64,000 nt of DNA, taken from the IMG/VR virus record IMGVR_UViG_3300033388_007730, positions 124,001 through 188,000 of that record; one strand, 5' to 3'. Position 1 is the first letter of the stretch, and every line of letters starts with the position of its first letter. Of this stretch, positions 49,513 to 57,195 are shown in pieces. A model generated the notes under the pieces. It made no database searches. It was not told the origin of the DNA and saw only the letters and a program-made list of their open reading frames with translations. A program made the translations under genes and the position numbers.

Positions 49513-50559
49513 ATGTTACTTACAAGAGAACAATTTAGAAATGGAGTACTTGAGAGAGATAACAATCAGTGTGTTATCTGCGGAAGCTCTACAGATCTTG
49601 TGGCACATCACATTATGGAGAGAAGATTATTTGAAGATGGTGGATACTACATTTCAAATGGTAGCACACTCTGCGAAGAACATCATATTCTTGCTGAGCA
49701 AACTGTTTTGTCTTGTGAAGAGATTAGAGAAGCAGCAGGAATTACAGATATTGTTTTACCTCCTCATCTGTATCAAGATACTAAGTATGAAAAATGGAGT
49801 AACATCATACTCTCTGATGGTCGTAGGTTAAAAGGTGAGTTGTTCTTTGATGAGTCTGTTCAGAAGATACTTAAAGCAGGCGATGTATTAAAGCATTTTT
49901 GCAAATATGTCAAATATCCAAGAACCTGGCATCTCTCACACAGTCATAAGGTTCATCGTAATGATATGCAGTTAGATTCTAATAAACAGTTTAATGGCAA
50001 GAAAGTAGTAGTCACTATTAAGATGGATGGTGAAAACACCACAATGTATAATAACTATCTTCATGCTCGTTCAGTTGATAGTGCTAATCACCCTACAAGA
50101 GGTTGGGTTAAAAGAATACATGCTGAGATGGGATGGAATATTCCTGAAGGTTGGAGAGTCTGTGCTGAGAATATGTATGCTAAACACACTGTTGAATATG
50201 AGAACCTTGAATCTTATCTTCTTGTTTTTTCTATATGGAATGAAAAGAATGAGTGTTTGTCATGGGATGATACTATTGAATGGGCAGAACTGTTAGAACT
50301 TTCTATGACTCCTGTTCTTTATGTGGGAGAATGGGATGAAAAAAAGATTCATTCTTTATGCCCAAAAGAATATAATGGAGATAAAGTTGAAGGATATGTG
50401 GTCCGTTTATTTGAATCTTTTACATATGGGGATTTCAGAAAATCAGTAGCCAAATATGTGAAGCCAGAATTTGCAGATCAACTCGGAACTGGGAGCAGCC
50501 ACTGGAAGTATAAAAAGATAATTCCCAACAAATTACAAAAGAAAGTTGTTGAAAAGTGA
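49513..50559 (+). CDS. HNH domain fused to an ATP-dependent RNA ligase
   Basis: RDNNQCVICG..AHHI..NGSTLCEEHH; KYPRTWHL, KMDGEN (motif I), CAEN, EGYVVR, AKYV. Confidence 0.85.
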   Translation: MLLTREQFRNGVLERDNNQCVICGSSTDLVAHHIMERRLFEDGGYYISNGSTLCEEHHILAEQTVLSCEEIREAAGITDIVLPPHLYQDTKYEKWSNIILSDGRRLKGELFFDESVQKILKAGDVLKHFCKYVKYPRTWHLSHSHKVHRNDMQLDSNKQFNGKKVVVTIKMDGENTTMYNNYLHARSVDSANHPTRGWVKRIHAEMGWNIPEGWRVCAENMYAKHTVEYENLESYLLVFSIWNEKNECLSWDDTIEWAELLELSMTPVLYVGEWDEKKIHSLCPKEYNGDKVEGYVVRLFESFTYGDFRKSVAKYVKPEFADQLGTGSSHWKYKKIIPNKLQKKVVEK

Positions 50560-50577
50560 TTAAAGCTATGTTAGAAT
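50549..50577 (+). promoter_or_regulatory. AAAGTGA-box promoter overlapping a gene junction
   Basis: TTGAAAAGTGATTAAAGCTATGTTAGAAT. Confidence 0.55.
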
Positions 50578-50813
50578 TAGAGCTAGTGTATCCTTATAAC
50601 AGGTCAATGGGTACTTTAGCTGACTTTTGTGGTTTATGGGATTGTGGCATACTTGGTGGCGGGACTAATAGTGTAAAAGCTTTAATATCCATGCCTTCTT
50701 TTCATTTTAAAAAGATATTTGGTACAAATCCAAGAGTTGGAAATTATGGTATCCCTAGTGGAATGGAAAAATTTATAGCAGGTGTGAAAGTTAAAGAAAT
50801 AATAACAATTTAA
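50556..50813 (+). CDS. Hypothetical protein
   Basis: 85-aa ORF; start uncertain because it overlaps a promoter match. Confidence 0.5.
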   Translation: MIKAMLELELVYPYNRSMGTLADFCGLWDCGILGGGTNSVKALISMPSFHFKKIFGTNPRVGNYGIPSGMEKFIAGVKVKEIITI

Positions 50814-50824
50814 GAGAGAAAGAA

Positions 50825-51430
50825 ATGATTAAGATTAAAGATCCAAAAAGAATTATTACAGCAAAGAGAAAAAAGAACATAATCTGTTGGCTCGATTTGG
50901 ATGGCGTAATTTGCTATTGGTTAAAATCAGCTGCAAACACTCTGGGAATAGATTTGAGAAGGTCTGATATTAGACAACAGCTTAAAGATGGAAAGAGAAT
51001 GGAAAGTTTTGTAGGTGGTGATTCTAAAATGTGGACTAAGATTGATGCTGAAGGCGAAGCCTGGTGGGAAAATATAGAAAAACTTCCTTGGGCTGATGAC
51101 TTAATTAATCTTCTTAAGAAAGAAACAAAAGATTTATCATTTCTAAGTTCTCCTTCTAATAGTCCTACTTGTTATTCCGGAAAAATAAAATGGGTACAAA
51201 AGAATTACCCAAAGATGGATAGAGATGTATTTATTGGATGTAAAAAATATAGATGTGCTAGTTCTGATTCTCTTCTTATTGATGATACCGCAAAAGAGTG
51301 TAAGAAGTTTAGAGAAAATGGTGGGCATGTTTTTGAGTGGCCTAATGTTCTATCTATTATTGATGGAGAAATTAAGATAGAAGATGTATTAAGTGATTTG
51401 GCTAATGAAATAAATAAAATAAGATTATAA
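50825..51430 (+). CDS. HAD-family 5'(3')-deoxyribonucleotidase-like
   Basis: LDLDGVI, LSSP, GKIKWV, LLIDD. Confidence 0.8.
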   Translation: MIKIKDPKRIITAKRKKNIICWLDLDGVICYWLKSAANTLGIDLRRSDIRQQLKDGKRMESFVGGDSKMWTKIDAEGEAWWENIEKLPWADDLINLLKKETKDLSFLSSPSNSPTCYSGKIKWVQKNYPKMDRDVFIGCKKYRCASSDSLLIDDTAKECKKFRENGGHVFEWPNVLSIIDGEIKIEDVLSDLANEINKIRL

Positions 51431-51441
51431 GGGATGGATTT

Positions 51442-51756
51442 ATGAAGTATGTATTAGCTGGAAAATCAGAAACTTTTAATTTGTATTGTCATATAAATAA
51501 ACAGCAACCTGATAAAGATGTAATATATGCGAAAACAGAGAAAATATTTAATGACACAACTGACATTGATACGATAGTATTATTGTCTGGATGGTGGGGA
51601 AAAAGTTGGGCTAAAAAGGCTCTTAAAGGTATTCTTGAAGTATATCCTTGTATAGATATAGAGTATTTGGATGGGCAATTTGGAGAGAAAGAGAGAGAGG
51701 GTATTTCTGCTCAGAAGAGTACACTTACCCGATTTGATTTAATAGATTTGGAGTAA
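51442..51756 (+). CDS. Hypothetical protein with C-terminal RFDLIDLE
   Basis: 104-aa ORF with RBS. Confidence 0.6.
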   Translation: MKYVLAGKSETFNLYCHINKQQPDKDVIYAKTEKIFNDTTDIDTIVLLSGWWGKSWAKKALKGILEVYPCIDIEYLDGQFGEKEREGISAQKSTLTRFDLIDLE

Positions 51757-51800
51757 AAGTAGTGAAGAAATAGTTATGATAGCTGCTGAGGAGAATAGTG

Positions 51801-52133
51801 ATGAAAAGTAAATTGATTGAGTTGACAGATGAGAATTTTGAGGAAGAAGTTATAAATAGTTCCATTCCTGTAATGGTAGATTTTTATGCCGATTGGTGTG
51901 GGCCTTGCAGATCTATGACTCCAGCATTAGAAGATTTATCTGGGGAGATGGAAGGTAGTTTAAAGATTGGTAAAGTTAATATAGAAACAACATCTTTAGC
52001 TACAAAATATTCTGTTTCTAGCATTCCCTCCCTTTTTATGTTTAAAAATGGAGAGATAACAGAGAGAAAAACAGGACTACAAAACAAAAAGGCATTGATT
52101 AAGTTGGCATCTGGGGAGAATAACGATGAGTAG
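51801..52133 (+). CDS. trxA: Thioredoxin
   Basis: VDFYADWCGPC, VSSIPSL, FKNG. Confidence 0.93.
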   Translation: MKSKLIELTDENFEEEVINSSIPVMVDFYADWCGPCRSMTPALEDLSGEMEGSLKIGKVNIETTSLATKYSVSSIPSLFMFKNGEITERKTGLQNKKALIKLASGENNDE

Positions 52134-52452
52134 TTCCGAAGATAAATTTATTGAAGTTTGCAGAGTGAAGATGGCAGCAGAACTTGAGATGCCACCTGAT
52201 AACATTGATATGGTATCTATAATATCTTGTTGTAAAAGAGCAATTATAGAGGAATGTGGTAGAGATGATCAAAAAGGAATTATCATTAATCCACTAACGG
52301 AAGAGGAGAAAAAAGCTGTTTTTAGTGAATATGGCCCTATTGCTATCAGCAAGATATTTGCTAAGGAAGAGCCTTTTTGTGAGTGGGCTGATAAATTTGA
52401 AGAAGATTATGTAAGAATATTCTTGGAAAAAATAAATAAAAGAGAAGATTAA
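52126..52452 (+). CDS. Hypothetical acidic protein
   Basis: Coupled to trxA. Confidence 0.55.
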   Translation: MSSSEDKFIEVCRVKMAAELEMPPDNIDMVSIISCCKRAIIEECGRDDQKGIIINPLTEEEKKAVFSEYGPIAISKIFAKEEPFCEWADKFEEDYVRIFLEKINKRED

Positions 52453-52721
52453 ATAAATTGTTCTTCTCCATTTTCATCTATATAGAGTAATAATTTTCCA
52501 GCAGATGAGTCGAACCATCCTTTTATAGATATTAATCCAGAATGATGGCTTCTGTGACACTTAGTACAGATACAGACACAATTAGAGTTATTATATTTTC
52601 CACCTGCAAAAATTCTATGAACATCGAGGAGTTCATATTTTTCTTCCCCGCAAATGCGACAAGATCTATGTCTTCTTTTGAAGGCTTTTTTGCTAACAAA
52701 TGGAGTTTTAAAATTTTTCAT
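52449..52721 (-). CDS. Small HNH endonuclease
   Basis: CRICG...DVHRI..GGKY..SNCVCICTKCHRSHH. Confidence 0.8.
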   Translation of the reverse strand: MKNFKTPFVSKKAFKRRHRSCRICGEEKYELLDVHRIFAGGKYNNSNCVCICTKCHRSHHSGLISIKGWFDSSAGKLLLYIDENGEEQFI

Positions 52722-52728
52722 TTTGTAC

Positions 52729-52757
52729 TTTCAAAGTGAAAGATAATTATGTATAAT
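52729..52757 (+). promoter_or_regulatory. AAAGTGA-box promoter
   Basis: TTTCAAAGTGAAAGATAATTATGTATAAT. Confidence 0.7.
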
Positions 52758-52797
52758 TATCGTAATAAATGTTATTTTTTAATTAGGAGAACTTAGT

Positions 52798-53271
52798 ATG
52801 ATGAATTACAATCGGGTTATGTTGATGGGCAGACTCACTGCCAATCCAATTCTCAGGGTTTTTGATGACGGTAATAAAGTTGTGAACTTTTCTATCGCTA
52901 CTAATAGAACTTGGAAGGGTGCTGATAACCAAAGAAGAGAAGAAACGTGTTTTGTGGCTTGCAAGGCTTTTGGAACAAGAGCACAGGCAATTAACGACTA
53001 TTTCTCAAAGGGAAGACCTTTATTTATTGAGGGTCATCTTTACCAGGAAAAGTGGGTAAATAAGGATACTCAAAAAAATATGACTAAGTTGCGTGTAGTA
53101 GTCGATAATTTTGAATTTCTTGATAAGAAGAGTTCAACAGAAGATGGAATTCCAGCATCTGCTGGTAATTCGTTTATGTCTGGTTCCGCAGATGATTTTG
53201 ATGCTGTTGTAGATGATGCTGTTACTACAGAAGTTACTTCTACTAACAAAGATGTTGCTGACAGGAGTTAA
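52798..53271 (+). CDS. ssb: Single-stranded DNA-binding protein
   Basis: NRVMLMGRLTANP, FSIATNR, KGRPLFIEG; acidic tail without the usual IPF end. Confidence 0.92.
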   Translation: MMNYNRVMLMGRLTANPILRVFDDGNKVVNFSIATNRTWKGADNQRREETCFVACKAFGTRAQAINDYFSKGRPLFIEGHLYQEKWVNKDTQKNMTKLRVVVDNFEFLDKKSSTEDGIPASAGNSFMSGSADDFDAVVDDAVTTEVTSTNKDVADRS

Positions 53272-53273
53272 TT

Positions 53274-54137
53274 GTGATAAAGCTCAAAAGTATTAAATTA
53301 CGCAACTATTGTGGTTATAGAGATTTTGAGCTTGATTTGTCTGAGGGAGATGGAGTGAAAAAGTGGCAGATGTTCTACGGTCCTAATGGTAGTTTTAAAT
53401 CTACTTTTTTAAGGGCTGTAGAACTGTTGTCATCTCCTAGGATGATTCTGGGTAGAGTTAGTGCTAAGTTGTTTTTACGCAGATTAACTTATCATTCTAA
53501 TTATCAGCCTAGTTATATCGGCTTTGATAAATTAAGAACAAATTTGTATATGGAAGCTACTTTTTTAACTGATGATGGTGATAAAAGAATAGTGTTGGAA
53601 AATAATTGGGATGATAAAGTTGGGTTGACCACAAATGAGTTGCCATTAGATATAATATCGGCTGCTTCTTTTATCGATGCAGATAATCCTAATAATATGT
53701 ATAGTTTTCAGATACGTGATACCAATGAAGAAAGTTTTTTGGATATGGCGGAATCTGTTTACAATCTAAAATGTTATTTACCTGAAGAGTCATTAGTGAA
53801 AGAAAAAGATATATCTAATGGAAAAGATATTTTGCTTTATACAGATTTTGTTATTATTAAATATGGAGATACATTGGTCCATTATAAGAGTTTTTCTGAT
53901 GGAGAGAAGAAAATAGCAACTCTTCTTTCTGCTCTTTTTAGAAGAAGTAGAGAAGCCGATATTTTGCTTATTGATAATATTGCGCAACATATATATTTTA
54001 AGAGGCATATGGATCTTATATCTAAAATAGATAGGTTTTTTCCATCGACTCAAATTTTAGCTACTACACATTCTTCGACGATAATAAGTGGGATGAATGA
54101 AAAATATCTGGTAGATATGGAAAAAAATATTTTATAA
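53274..54137 (+). CDS. ABC/SMC-type ATPase
   Basis: LRNYCGY, GPNGSFKST (Walker A), FSDGEKK signature, ILLIDN (Walker B variant), ATTHS. Confidence 0.8.
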   Translation: MIKLKSIKLRNYCGYRDFELDLSEGDGVKKWQMFYGPNGSFKSTFLRAVELLSSPRMILGRVSAKLFLRRLTYHSNYQPSYIGFDKLRTNLYMEATFLTDDGDKRIVLENNWDDKVGLTTNELPLDIISAASFIDADNPNNMYSFQIRDTNEESFLDMAESVYNLKCYLPEESLVKEKDISNGKDILLYTDFVIIKYGDTLVHYKSFSDGEKKIATLLSALFRRSREADILLIDNIAQHIYFKRHMDLISKIDRFFPSTQILATTHSSTIISGMNEKYLVDMEKNIL

Positions 54138-54143
54138 ATTTTT

Positions 54144-54206
54144 ATGGAGGAAATGGAGGAAATGGAGGAAATGGAGGAAATGGAGGAAATGGAGGAAATG
54201 GAGGAG
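54144..54206 (+). repeat. 9-bp tandem repeat (ATGGAGGAA)x7, last unit ATGGAGGAG
   Basis: Read directly; can be translated (MEE)7-HQNVLLILKL* to 54239. Confidence 0.95.
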
Positions 54207-54312
54207 CATCAGAATGTGCTGCTGATTTTGAAACTTTGATAAGATTCGTGGAAAGACAAAAAGATGAGTAAAATTAAGAATGTAAATTAAAAATTAATAT
54301 AGGAGAAAAAAA

Positions 54313-54561
54313 ATGACAGCTACAGAAACAAGATTAAAAAACACAAGAATGAAATTGGATATTGAAGAAGCAAAAATAAGAGGTAAAAGAGCTAAGCTTG
54401 AATTGGATAAAGTAAAAGCTGAAATTGAAAAGATTAAAGCAGATACAGAGAGAAGCAAATTAGATTCTTTAAAAATGGAAATGGCAAAAGAAAAAATGGA
54501 ATTGGAAACAGAATTTATGAGACTTCAGATTCAGAAACTGGAGGCAGAAGTTGATAAATAA
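54313..54561 (+). CDS. Small coiled-coil protein
   Basis: AGGAG RBS; heptad-like K/E/L/M pattern. Confidence 0.65.
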   Translation: MTATETRLKNTRMKLDIEEAKIRGKRAKLELDKVKAEIEKIKADTERSKLDSLKMEMAKEKMELETEFMRLQIQKLEAEVDK

Positions 54562-54628
54562 GAAGAGTTTGCCTTATGGGTGGTCCATGTTCAGGATTCA
54601 TGTTAAAGTATTTGATTTTTAGGGAGGT

Positions 54629-54850
54629 ATAGGATATAAGAAAATTAGTGATATAAGGATAGCACGATCAGTATTGACAGATACAATTTATGCTGGATTT
54701 ATTGATAAAGATGGAGAATCGTGGATTGATAAAGTAGATGTTACGAAAGATTTTTGGAAAGCTGTAATAGAGACATTTGTTGATGATTCCAGAATAATAA
54801 CTTCTTCGAATGAAGAAAAATTTGAAGTAATCGTTAGAAAAGTGAAATAA
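54629..54850 (+). CDS. Small phage-type ORF lacking a canonical start codon
   Basis: 73 open codons (RSVLTDTIYAG...WIDKVDVTKDF) after GGAGG; first codon ATA. Confidence 0.45.
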   Translation: MGYKKISDIRIARSVLTDTIYAGFIDKDGESWIDKVDVTKDFWKAVIETFVDDSRIITSSNEEKFEVIVRKVK

Positions 54851-54925
54851 ATTAATTTTTTAGTAGTTGTATGAAGGGAAGATATAGAATATAAGTTATA
54901 ATGATATTTTTAATAGGAGAATATT

Positions 54926-55759
54926 ATGATTTATAGTAGAATATGCCCTCAGTGTAAAAAAGAAATAAAATATAAACACAAGGGGACTTGGAAGAGATTA
55001 GAGAAAAAGGGGTCTTTTTGTTTTAATTGTACTCGTAAAAATTTATGTAAGACAGATGAACAAAAAAAACAGATGGCTTCTCATTTTGGAGAACCTCGTA
55101 GAGGAAGGGATAATCCTTTTTATGGGAAAAAGCATTCTGATAAAACTAAGGCTATTTTAGCGAAAAAGTGCAGGAGGGTCGGGAAAGAGTGCGGGATGTA
55201 TGGTAGATCTTTTTATGATATTTGGTTGGAAAAATATGGTAAAAAAGAAGCTAATAAAAAGATGGTTGAATTTAAAAAGAAACAGTCAATACTTCATTCT
55301 GGTAAAAATAATCCTATGTATGGCAAACCTTCTCCTCAAGGATCTGGGAACGGTTGGAGTGGATGGTATAAAGGATGGTACTTTAGGAGTTTGAGAGAAT
55401 TATCTTATGTCATAAATTATTTAGAAAAGAATAATTTAGAATGGATATCTGCTGAGAAGAAAAAGTTTTCAATACCATACAAAGATTATGATGGAACAGA
55501 GAGAACTTACCGTCCTGATTTTTTTGTTGAAAATAGCATATTAGTAGAAATTAAACCCAACAGATTAAAAAAAGCTGTAACAAATAATTTAAAAAAAGCG
55601 GCAGCAGAAAAATTTTGTAAAAAAAATAATTATAAATATGAAGTGGTAGAACCTAAGAGAATGAAAGATAAGCAAATAGCCGATTTGTATAAGAAAAAGA
55701 AGATAAAATTTTTAGATAGATATGAGAAAAAATTTAAAGAAAGATATTTAAATGAGTAA
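54926..55759 (+). CDS. NUMOD3-containing homing endonuclease with a TnsA-like PD-(D/E)xK domain
   Basis: CPQC/CFNC, NPFYGKKHS, NNPMYGK, FRSLRE, TYRPDF...LVEIKP. Confidence 0.8.
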   Translation: MIYSRICPQCKKEIKYKHKGTWKRLEKKGSFCFNCTRKNLCKTDEQKKQMASHFGEPRRGRDNPFYGKKHSDKTKAILAKKCRRVGKECGMYGRSFYDIWLEKYGKKEANKKMVEFKKKQSILHSGKNNPMYGKPSPQGSGNGWSGWYKGWYFRSLRELSYVINYLEKNNLEWISAEKKKFSIPYKDYDGTERTYRPDFFVENSILVEIKPNRLKKAVTNNLKKAAAEKFCKKNNYKYEVVEPKRMKDKQIADLYKKKKIKFLDRYEKKFKERYLNE

Positions 55760-56306
55760 GAGGATAAGACGCATAAATTTAATTTCTGGTCCTGGAAGTG
55801 GAAAAAGTATTACTGCTACTAACATAAGAGCACAACTTGGTTTTAGAGGTTATGACATTGAGCTTGTTAATGAGGTGATTAAGGATTGGACATATATTCC
55901 GAGAATACCTACTAGTTGTGATGGTTTTTTTCTTCAGGCTTCTCAAGTAGAAAAAGAAGATATAAGATTGAGGGCGGGAGTCGAACTCATTGTTAGCGAC
56001 TCCCCTTTGATGCTCCAATATTTCTATGCTAAATGGCATAATGCTCCGTTACAAAAGCCTATGCTTCAAGCAGCTTTAGAGTTTGAGAAAATGTATCCTT
56101 CTATCCATATTTCTATGCAGCGTAATGATGAATTTTATTCAGAAGTAGGAAGATATGAAAAATTAGAAGAAGCTAAAGAGATTGATAAAGCTATTGAACA
56201 GGTTTTATTTAATAATGGTATAGACTATATTCCTTTTTCGTGCCTAGATCAAGATGGACTTATCAATGCTATAGTTTCAATAATAGGAGATAAAAATGTT
56301 GTTTGA
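55752..56306 (+). CDS. P-loop NTPase/kinase (NadR/AAA_28-like)
   Basis: INLISGPGSGKS, IVSDSPL, EVGRYE. Confidence 0.75.
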   Translation: MSKRIRRINLISGPGSGKSITATNIRAQLGFRGYDIELVNEVIKDWTYIPRIPTSCDGFFLQASQVEKEDIRLRAGVELIVSDSPLMLQYFYAKWHNAPLQKPMLQAALEFEKMYPSIHISMQRNDEFYSEVGRYEKLEEAKEIDKAIEQVLFNNGIDYIPFSCLDQDGLINAIVSIIGDKNVV

Positions 56307-56871
56307 TGAATTTGGAATAGATGAGTTGGGAAGACTGAGAAAAGAGACAGCATTTATGGAGATTTGTTTTGTATTAAGTAAATTATCAATGGATAACTCT
56401 TCAAAGTGTGGTTGTCTCGCAGTGCATGATGATGGAGCATTATTATCAGGAGGATATAACAATCCTGTTAGAGGATCTGATGATAAGAATGTACCAATAG
56501 ATGTGAGACCTGACAAATATTATTTCATGGAACATTCTGAAAGAAATGCAGTGTATAATGCAAGTAGACATGGTATTAAATTATTTGGTTGTACATTTTA
56601 TGTTACTGGATTTCCATGTGTGGATTGTTTGAGAGCAATGTTGCAATCAGGAGCAAAAAAGATTATATATGGTCCGAATCAAACCAGGATGTCTTTACCT
56701 ATAGATGTATATGCTCAGATGCTTAAAAATCAACCTGTTGTTATAGAGAGATTCAAACATGATAAAGAGTTGTATAAACAACAACCAAAAATCGAAGAAG
56801 AAATGAATAAAAAACTTCGAAATGGTATTGAAGATATTAACTTTGAATGGAATGTTAGAGAAGATGGTTAG
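56296..56871 (+). CDS. dCMP deaminase
   Basis: GYN, EHSERNA, FPCVDC zinc motif. Confidence 0.85.
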   Translation: MLFDEFGIDELGRLRKETAFMEICFVLSKLSMDNSSKCGCLAVHDDGALLSGGYNNPVRGSDDKNVPIDVRPDKYYFMEHSERNAVYNASRHGIKLFGCTFYVTGFPCVDCLRAMLQSGAKKIIYGPNQTRMSLPIDVYAQMLKNQPVVIERFKHDKELYKQQPKIEEEMNKKLRNGIEDINFEWNVREDG

Positions 56872-56938
56872 GCATAGAAATAAATAAAGGATTTTATACC
56901 ATTTATTTTTAATATAAAAGTTAATAATTAACCTAAAA

Positions 56939-57148
56939 ATGAGATTTGCTCAGGAATGGCCTGGGCAAATTTTTTCTATTTACAATGTGCCATCATTGAA
57001 AGAAAAAAATATGAGTATTCTAAAAAAGTTTTTTGTGTTCCGTTGGTTATATAATTTGAAAGTAGCTCGTAATGAAAAAAAACAAAGAGAGAGAATACGA
57101 TATTCTGAAAAAAGGTGGGAAATGAAATTAAGAGGATTAAAAAGGTAA
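56939..57148 (+). CDS. Hypothetical basic protein
   Basis: Short ORF; start may be the downstream MSIL. Confidence 0.35.
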   Translation: MRFAQEWPGQIFSIYNVPSLKEKNMSILKKFFVFRWLYNLKVARNEKKQRERIRYSEKRWEMKLRGLKR

Positions 57149-57195
57149 TATATGGAACATAAAGTAAAGAGAATTATTAAATATAAAGAGCAACT

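Noticed and set aside
52449-54137. HNH plus ABC ATPase as a Septu/PtuAB-like defence system
   Set aside because: The genes are on opposite strands, separated by ssb; the ATPase fits a recombination or repair context better
54144-54206. Tandem repeat considered as a CRISPR array
   Set aside because: 9-bp units with no spacers and no cas genes; I saw no repeat-spacer array anywhere in the window
54839-54866. Additional AAAGTGA copies at 54839 and 42851
   Set aside because: No -10 box at 12-13 nt, so not counted in the promoter class
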